From: Candidatus Eremiobacteria bacterium | Lineage (GTDB): Bacteria > Vulcanimicrobiota > Vulcanimicrobiia > Vulcanimicrobiales > Vulcanimicrobiaceae | DNA: 64,000 nucleotides | Reading direction: 5' to 3' | Assembly: GCA_963737065.1 (NCBI GenBank) | Contig: CAVTRC010000002.1 | Span: 128,001-192,000 of the forward strand | Part shown: one piece after another, positions 10,488 to 19,960 of the stretch | Layout: each line of letters starts with the position of its first letter | How positions within the stretch are numbered: position 1 is the stretch's first letter | The notes under the pieces: model-generated | The model's input: only the letters and a program-made list of their open reading frames with translations | The model's database searches: none | What the model was told of the DNA's origin: nothing | Program-made: the position numbers and the translations under genes

Positions 10488-12155
10488 GTGAATGTGCTTG
10501 GGATTAACGCCGTTTTCCATGACAGCAGCGCATCGCTGGTCGTGGATGGGCGTATCCTTGCAGCGGCAGAAGAAGAGCGGTTTAGCCGGCGCAAGCATGG
10601 CAAACCGTGCGTTCCGTTCAGCACGTGGGAATTACCGAGTGCGTCGGCTGCGTGGGTGTTGCAATTCGGCGGATTGCAGCCTTCAGATGTCGATGTCGTT
10701 GCATATTCATACGACCCCGATCTTGCTCCGAAGTCGAACGGCGACATTACGAAAGATGAATGGGAGGGTCTGCGCACGCTTTTCGCGCGCCGCTTTCCGA
10801 ATTTCTTGAAAACGGTCTTGCCCGGAATCGAGCGCGCGAACGTCGAGTTCGTTGCACACCATGTCGCGCACGCGGCGTCGGCATATCTCGCAGCGCCTTT
10901 TGAACGTTGCGCGGTGCTGGTGCTCGACGGACGTGGTGAATCGACATCAGGATTGCTCGGCGTCGCGCGAAACGGAAAGCTAGACGTTCTCGCAACCTGC
11001 ACGCTGCCGCACTCCTTAGGATTGCTCTACGAAGAACTGACCGCGCATCTCGGCTTCCACCGCTCGTCGGATGAATACAAGGTAATGGGCCTGGCGGGAT
11101 ACGGACGCCCGCGGTTCATCGATCGTTTTCGCGAAATCGTGCGCGTCGACGGACCCTCCTTCACCGTTGCGCCGGTGGAGCTTACGGAATTCGCTCCGCG
11201 GCGCCGCGACGGCGATGCGTTCGAAAGCGAACATGCCGACCTCGCGTGCAGCGTGCAGCAGCGTCTCGAAGAAGTGATTTTAGAGCTTGCGCGCTGGCTG
11301 GCTCGGGAAACCGGAGAAACGTCGATCGCATTGGCCGGAGGTGTCGCGCTCAACTGCGTGGCGAACGCACGTCTCGCGGCGGAAGGTCCGTTCGAACGCG
11401 TTTGGGTGCAACCCGCCGCCGGCGATGCCGGCACGTCGCTCGGTGCCGCACTCTATGCCGCGAATAAGCACGGCGACCGCGTTTCACCGATGACGACCGC
11501 TGCGCTCGGGCGCGAATGGGGCGACGACGCGATCGAGCGCTGGCTCAAGACCGCCCAAATTCCGTACGCGCGTTCAAACGACATTGCACGCGACGTCGCG
11601 CAGACGATCGCGGACGACGGCATCGTCGCCTGGTTCCAAGGACGCAGCGAATTTGGCCCGCGGGCGCTCGGCCATCGCAGTCTGCTGGCAAATCCCCGCT
11701 ACGCGGAGAACCTCGAACGACTCAACGACGTGAAGGGACGCGAGCAGTTTCGCCCCGTCGCACCCATGGTGCTCGCCGAACGTGCGCCTCAGATTTTTAT
11801 CGGACAATTGCCGAGTCCGTTCATGCTCTTTACGCATCGTGTTCGCGAGGAATGGCGCGAGCGGATCGCTGCTGCGGTTCACGTCGACGGAAGCGCGCGC
11901 ATTCAAACGGTCGACCGCAACGAAGAACCGCTTGTGGCGCGCATGCTCGATGAACTCGACCGTCTCACCGGGACGCCGGTCGTAATCAACACGAGTTTGA
12001 ACACAGCGGGCCGCCCGATGGTCGATGATGTGCGCGATGCACTGGAATGCTTTGGTTCTGCGCCTATCGATTTGCTCGCGATCGGTCCGTTTGTGATTCG
12101 TCGTCCACGCGCCTATGCGACGCAGAAAAGCCGGGAGCTGGCAGCCACACCGTGA
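10488..12155 (+). CDS. O-carbamoyltransferase (NodU/CmcH family)
   Basis: HDSSA, EEERF, HHVAHAAS, DGRGE, AGGVALN, GPRALGHRS and INTSLN motifs; GTG start with RBS. Confidence 0.95.
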   Translation: MNVLGINAVFHDSSASLVVDGRILAAAEEERFSRRKHGKPCVPFSTWELPSASAAWVLQFGGLQPSDVDVVAYSYDPDLAPKSNGDITKDEWEGLRTLFARRFPNFLKTVLPGIERANVEFVAHHVAHAASAYLAAPFERCAVLVLDGRGESTSGLLGVARNGKLDVLATCTLPHSLGLLYEELTAHLGFHRSSDEYKVMGLAGYGRPRFIDRFREIVRVDGPSFTVAPVELTEFAPRRRDGDAFESEHADLACSVQQRLEEVILELARWLARETGETSIALAGGVALNCVANARLAAEGPFERVWVQPAAGDAGTSLGAALYAANKHGDRVSPMTTAALGREWGDDAIERWLKTAQIPYARSNDIARDVAQTIADDGIVAWFQGRSEFGPRALGHRSLLANPRYAENLERLNDVKGREQFRPVAPMVLAERAPQIFIGQLPSPFMLFTHRVREEWRERIAAAVHVDGSARIQTVDRNEEPLVARMLDELDRLTGTPVVINTSLNTAGRPMVDDVRDALECFGSAPIDLLAIGPFVIRRPRAYATQKSRELAATP

Positions 12156-13135
12156 TTCCGTACAGCATCGTCATTCCGACGATCGGGCGGACGAGCTTGT
12201 ATGAATTACTCGCTTCGCTTGCGCGCGGCGACGGGCCGATGCCGCAGTCGATCGTTATCGTCGACGATCGCAAGGCCGGCGAACCGCTTGATGCAGGACG
12301 GTTCCCCGGATCGATTGCGCGGCTGATCCGCCTCGAACGCAGCGGCGGCCGCGGTCCTGCTGCAGCGCGCAATCGCGGGTGGCGCGCGACCGCGACGCCG
12401 TGGGTTGTCTTTGTCGACGACGACGTCGTGTTGAGCGAACGTTGGCTCGATGATTTGCAACGTGATCTCGCTTCGGCACCGCCGCACGTCGGCGGTATTC
12501 AAGGAAGAATCGACGTGCCGCTTCCCCGCGGTCGCGCTGCGACGGACTGGGAACGTAATGTAAGCGGCTTGGCGCAATCGGTATGGATTACCGCAGACAT
12601 GGCATATCGTCGCGAAACGCTCCTAGCGACGGGCGGGTTCGACGAACGCTTCAAACGTGCGTACCGCGAAGACGCGGATCTTGCAATACGCGCGAAAACA
12701 CGCGGATTTGCGCTCGCGTTCGGAACGCGGCAGGCGCTGCATCCGGTTCGTCCGGCCGACCGCTGGATCAGCGTTCGGCTCCAGCGCGGAAACGCCGACG
12801 ACGTGCTGATGCGCGCGCTGCACGGAGCAGCGTGGCGCTCACGTGCCGGATCCCCGCGCGGCCGCTTTGCCATGCACGCTGCGACGGTTCTCGTTGCGGG
12901 CGTAACATTGACCGCCGCACTTGAACGGCGCAACGGCGTCGCATTGCTCGGCGCGGTAGCCTGGCTCGCGCTGACGGCCGATTTTGCTTGGCGCCGTATC
13001 GAACCCGGGCCGCGCACGCCGCAAGAAGTGGCGACCATGGCGGCGACGAGCGCGCTCATTCCGTTTGCAGCCGTGTATCACAAAGTGCGCGGCGCCGTCA
13101 TGCTACCGCGAATCCTTCGCGGGGAGGCCGCGTGA
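12152..13135 (+). CDS. Glycosyltransferase family 2 with C-terminal TM helices
   Basis: SIVIPT, GPAAARN, FVDDD and GGFDERF..AYRED motifs; GTGA coupling. Confidence 0.92.
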   Translation: MIPYSIVIPTIGRTSLYELLASLARGDGPMPQSIVIVDDRKAGEPLDAGRFPGSIARLIRLERSGGRGPAAARNRGWRATATPWVVFVDDDVVLSERWLDDLQRDLASAPPHVGGIQGRIDVPLPRGRAATDWERNVSGLAQSVWITADMAYRRETLLATGGFDERFKRAYREDADLAIRAKTRGFALAFGTRQALHPVRPADRWISVRLQRGNADDVLMRALHGAAWRSRAGSPRGRFAMHAATVLVAGVTLTAALERRNGVALLGAVAWLALTADFAWRRIEPGPRTPQEVATMAATSALIPFAAVYHKVRGAVMLPRILRGEAA

Positions 13136-13659
13136 AGGACCGCGCGATTCTATTCGATCGAGACGGGACGTTGATCGTCGATCGTCCGGGAAATCGCGAT
13201 CCCAATGCGATCGAGCTGATGCCGCATGCCGCCGATGCGATCGCACTCGCACGCGAGTGGGGTTACGCGATCGCCGTCGTGACGAATCAACCGGCTATCG
13301 CCGACGGCGCGATCGACCAAACGCATCTTTTCCGTATGCACGCGCGCATCGAAGAGTTGGCGGGTCCGATCGACGGATGGTTCGTCTGCATTCATGGCGC
13401 GGCGGACGCGTGCGAGTGTCGTAAACCGCAACCCGGCCTGATCCTTGCCGCATCCACGCGGCTCGGCGTTTGTCCCGAGGACTGCACCGTGATCGGCGAC
13501 ATCGGCGCCGACATCGAGGCCGCGCATGCGGCGGGTGCGCAGGCGGTGCTTGTTCCGACGCCGGTAACGCGCGCGGAAGAGATCGAAGCAGCGCCCGTCG
13601 TCGCGAACGATGTTCTCGACGCCGTGCGGCGCGTTGTCGGCGGGACTGCATCTCAATGA
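13132..13659 (+). CDS. HAD-IIIA phosphatase (GmhB/heptose-bisphosphate phosphatase-like)
   Basis: FDRDGTL, VTNQ, CECRKPQPG and IGD motifs. Confidence 0.9.
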   Translation: MKDRAILFDRDGTLIVDRPGNRDPNAIELMPHAADAIALAREWGYAIAVVTNQPAIADGAIDQTHLFRMHARIEELAGPIDGWFVCIHGAADACECRKPQPGLILAASTRLGVCPEDCTVIGDIGADIEAAHAAGAQAVLVPTPVTRAEEIEAAPVVANDVLDAVRRVVGGTASQ

Positions 13660-14675
13660 ACCGCGTTCTCGCGATCCGCCAAGACAATAACGGCGACGTC
13701 TTGCTGATCGGGCCTGCGTTGCGCGCGATTGCGGCGCGCGCGAACGTCGATCTCGTCTGCGGTCCGCGCGGCGCTGCTGCCGGAACGTTGCTTCCCGCGA
13801 TTGACTCCGTCAGCGTTTGGGAAGCGGCATGGATCGATGCGCAGCCGCAACCGGTTTCGCGCGCAGATATCGATGCGTTTGTCGAGCGTTTTCGCGGCCG
13901 CTATGAAGAAGCGGTGATTTTCACGTCATTTCATCAGAGTCCGCTTCCGATGGCGCTCCTCTTGCGCATGGCCGGTGTGCCGCGGATCGGAGCGATCAGC
14001 GTCGACTATCCCGGATCGCTGCTTGACGTGCGACACCGTGTCGACGAAGAAGTCCACGAAGTGGAACGCGGACTCTCACTCGCCGCAGCGATGGGTTACA
14101 CGCTGCCGCGCGGTGATGATCCGCGTTTGCGGCTGCGTGCGCTACCGCACTCGCCCATGATGTCCACGCCCTACGTCGTCGTTCATCCTGGGTGCACGAT
14201 GCGCGCGCGCACGTGGAGCGCCGAGGGATTCCGCGCTGCGAGCTGCGCACTGTGCGAACGCGGGTACCATGTTGCGGTCACAGGGAGCGAAGAAGAGCGT
14301 GAACTCACCGCGTACGTCGCGGGCGCGCATGCGAGCGCGACCGATTTCGGCGGTGCCACGTCGTTTGCGGAATTCGCCGCGCTGATTGCCGGTGCGTCGG
14401 CTGTTGTGTGCGGCAATACGGCGGCGACACACGTTGCCGCGGCAGTCGGCACGCCGGTTGCTGAAATTTTCCCGCCCACGATTTCGTTTGCACGCTTTTA
14501 TCCGTGGATGGTGCCGTACGCCGTCTTCGGCGATCACGCGATTGCGTGCGCCGGTTGTCGCGCGCGCGTGTGTCCGTTCGACGAACATCCATGCGTCCGC
14601 AACGTTACCGCAACCGGCATCGCCGATGCCGTCCAACGGTTGGATCGCACCGCCGCGCTCGAGCTTGTGCCGTGA
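13656..14675 (+). CDS. Glycosyltransferase family 9 (heptosyltransferase-like)
   Basis: GDVLL..PALRA, VVHPG and NTAATHVAAAVGTP motifs. Confidence 0.9.
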   Translation: MNRVLAIRQDNNGDVLLIGPALRAIAARANVDLVCGPRGAAAGTLLPAIDSVSVWEAAWIDAQPQPVSRADIDAFVERFRGRYEEAVIFTSFHQSPLPMALLLRMAGVPRIGAISVDYPGSLLDVRHRVDEEVHEVERGLSLAAAMGYTLPRGDDPRLRLRALPHSPMMSTPYVVVHPGCTMRARTWSAEGFRAASCALCERGYHVAVTGSEEERELTAYVAGAHASATDFGGATSFAEFAALIAGASAVVCGNTAATHVAAAVGTPVAEIFPPTISFARFYPWMVPYAVFGDHAIACAGCRARVCPFDEHPCVRNVTATGIADAVQRLDRTAALELVP

Positions 14676-15604
14676 AAGTCCTCGTGTGGCACGTGCACGG
14701 TTCGTGGATGACCGCGTTCGTTCAAGGAACGCACGAGTATCTCGTTCCGGCGCTGCCCGGCCGCGGCACGGACGGACGCGGCCGTGCGGACACATGGGTG
14801 TGGCCGGATAGCGTCGTCGAGCGTTCGCCGGAACAGCTCGCGGGCGAACGTCCCGACCTTGTCGTGCTGCAGCGCCCGCATGAATACGAGCTGGTTCGCT
14901 CGTGGATGGGACTTACTCCAGGCGTCGACGTACCGGCGGTGTATCTGGAACACAACGCACCGCAAGGACGCATCAACGAGATGCGCCATCCGATGGCGGA
15001 CGTCAAAAACGTGCCCGTCGTTCACGTTACGTACTTCAATCAATTGTTTTGGGATTGCGGCGACGCGCGCACCTTTGTCATCGAACATGGCGTCATCGAT
15101 CCCGGCCGCCGGTATACCGGCGAGCTGCCGCGCTGCGCGGTGGTTATTAATGAAGCGCGCCGGCGCGCGCGCGTAACCGGGACCGACTTGCTGCCACGCT
15201 TCGATGCCGTCGTTCCCGTCGACGTGTTCGGCATGGACGCCGGGCCGATGGGCGGATACGAGAATTTACCGCAAGAACGCATGCATGACGAAATCGCGAG
15301 GCGACGTGTGTACGTGCATCCGATTCGGTGGACGTCGCTCGGACTCTCGCTCATCGAAGCCATGCATCTCGGCATGCCCGTCGTCGCCCTCGCGACGACG
15401 GAGGTTCCGCATGCCGTTCCCTCCTGCGCCGGCATCGTTTCGACCGACGTCAACGCGTTGGTTGATGCCAGCCGTACGCTACTCAACGATCTCGATCGGT
15501 GCGTCGACATGGGCAATCGTGCCCGTTCATACGCGCGCGAGCGCTTCGGCCTCGAGCGCTTTCTTGCCGATTGGGATCGCGTCATCGAGGAGATCGTCCC
15601 ATGA
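14672..15604 (+). CDS. Glycosyltransferase (GT4-like)
   Basis: WHVHGSW N-terminus and SLGLSLIEAMHLGMPVV motif. Confidence 0.88.
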   Translation: MKVLVWHVHGSWMTAFVQGTHEYLVPALPGRGTDGRGRADTWVWPDSVVERSPEQLAGERPDLVVLQRPHEYELVRSWMGLTPGVDVPAVYLEHNAPQGRINEMRHPMADVKNVPVVHVTYFNQLFWDCGDARTFVIEHGVIDPGRRYTGELPRCAVVINEARRRARVTGTDLLPRFDAVVPVDVFGMDAGPMGGYENLPQERMHDEIARRRVYVHPIRWTSLGLSLIEAMHLGMPVVALATTEVPHAVPSCAGIVSTDVNALVDASRTLLNDLDRCVDMGNRARSYARERFGLERFLADWDRVIEEIVP

Positions 15605-16812
15605 AGATTGCGTTCGTATCCGAACACGCGAGCCCGCTCGCCGTCCTCGGCGGCGTGGACGCCGGCGGACAAAACGTACACGTCGCCGCGCTCGCCGAAG
15701 CGCTGGCGCGCGGCGGGGATGAAGTCCGCGTGTATACGCGCCGCGACGATCCGCGGCTTCCCGCCACGGTTCCGTTCTGCACGGGCGTTCTCGTCGATCA
15801 TATCGACGCCGGGCCGCCGGAATCGATCGAGAAAGATCATTTGCTGCACTACATGCCGGCATTCGCGCGCGAAGTGGAACGCCGCTGGAGCGAATGGCGC
15901 CCGGATATTATTCACGCGCATTTTTGGATGTCGGGACTCGCGTCACTCGATGCTGCGTCGTCACTCGATCTTCCGGTCGTGCAAACGTATCATGCGCTCG
16001 GGATTGAAAAGAAACGTCACCAAGGCGTAAAGGATACGAGTCCGCAACAGCGGCTCGAACTCGAAGCGCACATCGCGCGGTCTGCAACGCACATCGTCGC
16101 CACATCAACGGCGGAAGCGTTCGAACTCGTCCGCATGGGCGCGAACCGCAATGATATCACGGTCGTCCCCTGCGGCGTCGATCTTTCCCAATTCGCGGCC
16201 CTCGGACCGAGCGAAGCGCGCGATCGTCACAGGCAACGCATCGTTTGTTTGAGCCGGCTGGTGGAACGAAAAGGAATCGCCGATGTCATCACCGCGCTGA
16301 AATTGCTGCCGAACACGGAATTGGTCATCGCCGGCGGACCGGACCGTGCATCGTTGTGGGAAGATGCCGAAGCCTTGCGATTGCGCGAGATTGCCCGCAA
16401 TCTCGGCGTAGAAGATCGGATCGAGTTTCGCGGACGGGTGGAGCGAACGGGCGTTGCGCGTCTGCTTCGTTCTGCGGATCTCGTCGTCTGTTACCCGTGG
16501 TATGAACCGTTCGGGATCGTGCCGCTCGAAGCAATGGCATGCGGTGTTCCGGTCGTCGTCTCGTCGGTCGGCGGCCTCGTCGACAGTGTGGTGGACGGCG
16601 TTACCGGCGTGCACGTTGAACCGCGCTCCCCGATCGCGCTCGCGCAAGCGATGCGATCGCTGCTGCAAAGCGAGCGCTTACGTTTGACTCTCGGAATCGC
16701 AGGCGCCCGCCGCGTGAACGAGCGCTACGGTTGGCCGCGTATCGCATCCGATACCAAGGCGGTGTATGCCCGAGTCATGACGGAAAAGGGCTTCGCCGCG
16801 CAAGCATCGTGA
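15601..16812 (+). CDS. Glycosyltransferase family 4 (MshA/sucrose-phosphate-synthase-like)
   Basis: DAGGQNVHV, HAHFWMSG and YEPFGIVPLEAMACG motifs. Confidence 0.93.
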   Translation: MKIAFVSEHASPLAVLGGVDAGGQNVHVAALAEALARGGDEVRVYTRRDDPRLPATVPFCTGVLVDHIDAGPPESIEKDHLLHYMPAFAREVERRWSEWRPDIIHAHFWMSGLASLDAASSLDLPVVQTYHALGIEKKRHQGVKDTSPQQRLELEAHIARSATHIVATSTAEAFELVRMGANRNDITVVPCGVDLSQFAALGPSEARDRHRQRIVCLSRLVERKGIADVITALKLLPNTELVIAGGPDRASLWEDAEALRLREIARNLGVEDRIEFRGRVERTGVARLLRSADLVVCYPWYEPFGIVPLEAMACGVPVVVSSVGGLVDSVVDGVTGVHVEPRSPIALAQAMRSLLQSERLRLTLGIAGARRVNERYGWPRIASDTKAVYARVMTEKGFAAQAS

Positions 16813-17774
16813 GGTCTGCGATTACAACGAGGCGTCCACGCCTCGTGATCCTGCGCGCCCTCGGGCTCGGCGATTTTCTCACCGCCGTTCCGGCGTACCG
16901 CGCGCTCGCCCGCGCGTTTCCCGGGCACTATCGGGTTCTCGCCGCACCGGTTGCGCTGGCTCCGCTGGCCGAGATCTGCGGTGATATCGATGAGATAGTG
17001 GACACGGCACCACTCGGCGCGCTCGATCCTGCGTTACACGGCGCGGATATCGCGGTCAATCTACATGGACGCGGACCGCAGAGTCACCGCGTGTTGCTCG
17101 AAACCGAACCGCGCCGTCTTATCGCATTCCGCAACCACGAGGTCGGCCTTCCGGACGACGCTCCGCAATTCTACGACGACGAACATGAGGTGCAGCGTTG
17201 GTGCCGGATGTTGCGGGAGTCCGGCGTCCCGGCAGATGCACGCGACCTCGACCTTCATCCCGCGCCGTATTGCGGACCGCACAGCGGCGCGGTGGTTCTG
17301 CACCCCGGCGCATCGAGCGAATCGCGCCGCTGGCCGATCGCGCGATGGATCGACCTCGCGTCGCAGTTGCAGCGCGACGGATACCGGGTGATTTTCACCG
17401 GAACGAAAAGCGAGTTCCGGCGTTGCCGCGTCATCGCGCGCAATGCGGGCATCGACATCGATCGGATTCTCGCGGGAAAAACGACGCTCGCGGATCTCGC
17501 GTCGTTCGTTGCGGCGGCGCGCGCGGTCGTGTGCGGCGATACCGGAATCGCACATCTCGCAACGGCGTTAGGAACGCCGTCGGTCGTCCTCTTCGGCCCG
17601 ATCAGTCCGGCGAAATGGGGACCGCCCGCCGAGCGCGCGCAACATCGCGTGCTGTGGCGAGGCAAACCGGGCGATCCGCATGCTTGCGTCGTCGACCCCG
17701 GCCTCGCGTCCATTACCGTTCGTGAAGTCCGCGGCGAACTCGCCGCGCTGCTCGACACGCCGCGCGCGGGATGA
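16809..17774 (+). CDS. Glycosyltransferase family 9
   Basis: ALGLGDFL, HPGAS..RRWP and DTGIAHLATALGTPSVVLFGP motifs. Confidence 0.92.
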   Translation: MRSAITTRRPRLVILRALGLGDFLTAVPAYRALARAFPGHYRVLAAPVALAPLAEICGDIDEIVDTAPLGALDPALHGADIAVNLHGRGPQSHRVLLETEPRRLIAFRNHEVGLPDDAPQFYDDEHEVQRWCRMLRESGVPADARDLDLHPAPYCGPHSGAVVLHPGASSESRRWPIARWIDLASQLQRDGYRVIFTGTKSEFRRCRVIARNAGIDIDRILAGKTTLADLASFVAAARAVVCGDTGIAHLATALGTPSVVLFGPISPAKWGPPAERAQHRVLWRGKPGDPHACVVDPGLASITVREVRGELAALLDTPRAG

Positions 17775-17777
17775 CCG

Positions 17778-18359
17778 ATGCGCGCAGAAAGCGTTGACCC
17801 GAAGTATTTCATCGAACTGTACCGACGCGAAAGCGATCCGTGGAAGTTCGCCACGAGCGCGTACGAACGCGACAAGTACGCGGTGTCGCTCGCGGTTCTC
17901 CGGCCGCGCTACCATCGCGCGCTGGAAATTGCGTGTTCGGTCGGCGTTTTTACACGCCGCCTCGCGCGCCGATGTGAACGCCTGCTCGGTATCGATCCTT
18001 CGCCTGACGCGATCGAATCCGCGCGCAGGCGATGCGCACATTTGCGCAACGTCGAGATGCGATGCGGCGCCGTTCCGGACGATTTTCCGGCAGGTTCGTT
18101 TGATCTGATAACGCTGTGCGAGGTCGGATTCTATCTCGCGCGCGACGATCTCATCGAAACGCGCGAGCGCATCGTCGCGTCATTACCAGTCGGCGGCGAG
18201 ACGCTGCTCGTTCATTGGACGCCTCCCGTGAAGGGTCATGCGCTCACGGCGGCGGAGGTGCACGATGCGTTCGCGCGACATCCGCAATTGCATGTGCTCG
18301 CGCATCGCGACGCGCCGACGTACGTCCTGGATTTATTCCGAAAAGTCGAGGGTACGTAG
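17778..18359 (+). CDS. NodS-like SAM-dependent methyltransferase
   Basis: F..LY....DPW....YE..K, LEIACSVG, FDLI...EV.FYL and VHW motifs. Confidence 0.88.
   Translation: MRAESVDPKYFIELYRRESDPWKFATSAYERDKYAVSLAVLRPRYHRALEIACSVGVFTRRLARRCERLLGIDPSPDAIESARRRCAHLRNVEMRCGAVPDDFPAGSFDLITLCEVGFYLARDDLIETRERIVASLPVGGETLLVHWTPPVKGHALTAAEVHDAFARHPQLHVLAHRDAPTYVLDLFRKVEGT
18329..18355 (+). promoter_or_regulatory. Putative SigF/SigB-type promoter
   Basis: GGATT-N16-GGGTAC matches the actinobacterial SigF consensus GGWWT-N16/17-GGGTAY. It is followed by an AGGAGG RBS and TTG at 18392. Confidence 0.6.
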
Positions 18360-18391
18360 TCGGCAGGGTACTTCGACTAAGGAGGTTTGCT

Positions 18392-19264
18392 TTGGCAACG
18401 GCACGCCAGACGACCGATCACGAGGAAATCCGTGAATGGGTCGAACGCACGGGCGGGAGACCAGCAGAAGTCGAGGGTACGGGCGGCATGCTTCGTATCG
18501 ATTTCGGCGATCAAGACGAACGTTTAGAACCAATCGATTGGGACCGCTTCTTCGAGGTTTTCGACGAAAGCGGGCTCGGCTTTTTATACGATCCCGCCGG
18601 CCGGATGAACAAGTTCATTCAAGCCCGTCACGACAAACGCGGAATCGGCAAAACGGATCCGGATGAACGCGACGAGCAACGCGCCGCGTCGCGCGGACGC
18701 TCAGGATCCCGAAAAAAGTCCTCGTCTCGAAAGAAAAGTACGGACGGCGGCAGCAAGACCAAGAAGACCGAATCATCGCGTAAGAAGAGCGAATCATCGC
18801 GCAAGAAGACGTCGGGACGCAAACAGGCATCGTCACGCAAGAAAACGTCCTCTAGGAAAAAGAGTTCAGAGCGCAAGTCCAGCGGCGGCCGCAAAAAGAC
18901 TTCGGAGCGCAAGTCCAGCGGCAGCCGCAAAAAGAGTTCGGAGCGCAAGTCCAGCGGCAGCCGAAAAAAAAGTTCGGAGCGCAAATCGAGCGGCAGCCGC
19001 AAAAAGAGTTCGTCCCGGAAAAAGAGTTCATCGAAGAAGTCCGGTGGATCGAAGAAGAGCAACGGCCGTAAGTACTCGCGTAAATCCGGCAAGAAAGTCG
19101 AACGCGCGATGCATGAGATGAAGCGCGGAAAATTGCGTTCCGGGAAGCGCGGTCCGAAAGTAAAAAACCCCAAACAGGCGATTGCGATCGGTCTTTCCGA
19201 AGCGCGTCGCGAGGGAGATCGTGTACCGCGACGCCGAAAAGGCGGCCGCCGCAAGAAGCGGTAA
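18392..19264 (+). CDS. Histone-like K/S/R-rich protein with N-terminal TTDHEEIREW domain and C-terminal DUF6496-like domain
   Basis: AGGAGG RBS plus TTG; central RKKSSERKSSGS repeats; C-terminal KVERAMHEMKRGKLRSG...KQAIAIGLSEARREG. Confidence 0.8.
   Translation: MATARQTTDHEEIREWVERTGGRPAEVEGTGGMLRIDFGDQDERLEPIDWDRFFEVFDESGLGFLYDPAGRMNKFIQARHDKRGIGKTDPDERDEQRAASRGRSGSRKKSSSRKKSTDGGSKTKKTESSRKKSESSRKKTSGRKQASSRKKTSSRKKSSERKSSGGRKKTSERKSSGSRKKSSERKSSGSRKKSSERKSSGSRKKSSSRKKSSSKKSGGSKKSNGRKYSRKSGKKVERAMHEMKRGKLRSGKRGPKVKNPKQAIAIGLSEARREGDRVPRRRKGGRRKKR
18853..19012 (+). repeat. 36-bp coding tandem repeat (RKKSSERKSSGS, about 4.5 copies)
   Basis: cgcaaaaagagttcggagcgcaagtccagcggcagc-like units read directly in the sequence. 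Confidence 0.85.
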
Positions 19265-19645
19265 CGGGTACCGTGCCGGCCGTTCGCGCGTGCGCACGGC
19301 CGGCGGTATCGGCGTGAAGCGGTCGCGCGCGATGCATCGGTCGTTCGACCGCTATTGGATCGCATGTATTTTTCGCGCGTGCATCTGGGGAAGTACATGA
19401 TGGCCGAGTTACGGTCCGCGTTTACCTTCGATCGATCATGACGCGCGCTCAAGCTGCTCGATGAAGTCTGCTGCCTGACGCAGGTAAACTGCCCGGGGAT
19501 GAAGACATCGCGCGCGTGATTTCCGTTCCGGGACGCAATGCTTCGCGCCTCGTCGACGATTTCAAGCATGGCGAGCGCGGCGTGATCCGTCCGTCCCCGG
19601 CATGACGCGTACGCGGCGCGGCGAATGAGCGGTGAGCGTTGCTGC

Positions 19646-19719
19646 GCGCTCGTAGCTCAATTGGATAGAGCAAGGCACTCCTAAGGCCGAGGTTGGCGGT
19701 TCGATTCCGCCCGAGCGCA
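19646..19719 (+). tRNA. tRNA-Arg (anticodon CCT)
   Basis: GCGCTCG/CGAGCGC acceptor stem, D arm GCTC..GAGC, loop CT-CCT-AA, T arm GGCGG-TTCGATT-CCGCC. CCA is not encoded. Confidence 0.92.
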
Positions 19720-19960
19720 CGACGTTCCGGGCGTCTCTTTGGGAGCGGTGCCGTTACCTCGGCGACTCGGCTTGGTCGCGCTGCTGCCCTTCCCGCCCCG
19801 CTTCACGTCCGCGAGGCACGACCACAAGCTCGTTTTAAGCGCGCGCCCTTCTGGAATGAAGGGGTGGCGATGTGGCGCAGGCGCTAGCGGGCTTTCGGCC
19901 CATTGAGGGCGTTCTTTAGAATGTCGCCTGGCCGTCATTGCGGCGGGGTACGATGTCGGT

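Noticed and set aside
19265..19640. Small gene between the histone-like gene and tRNA-Arg
   Set aside because: Only short ORFs without RBS or recognisable motifs in the frames examined; not supportable.
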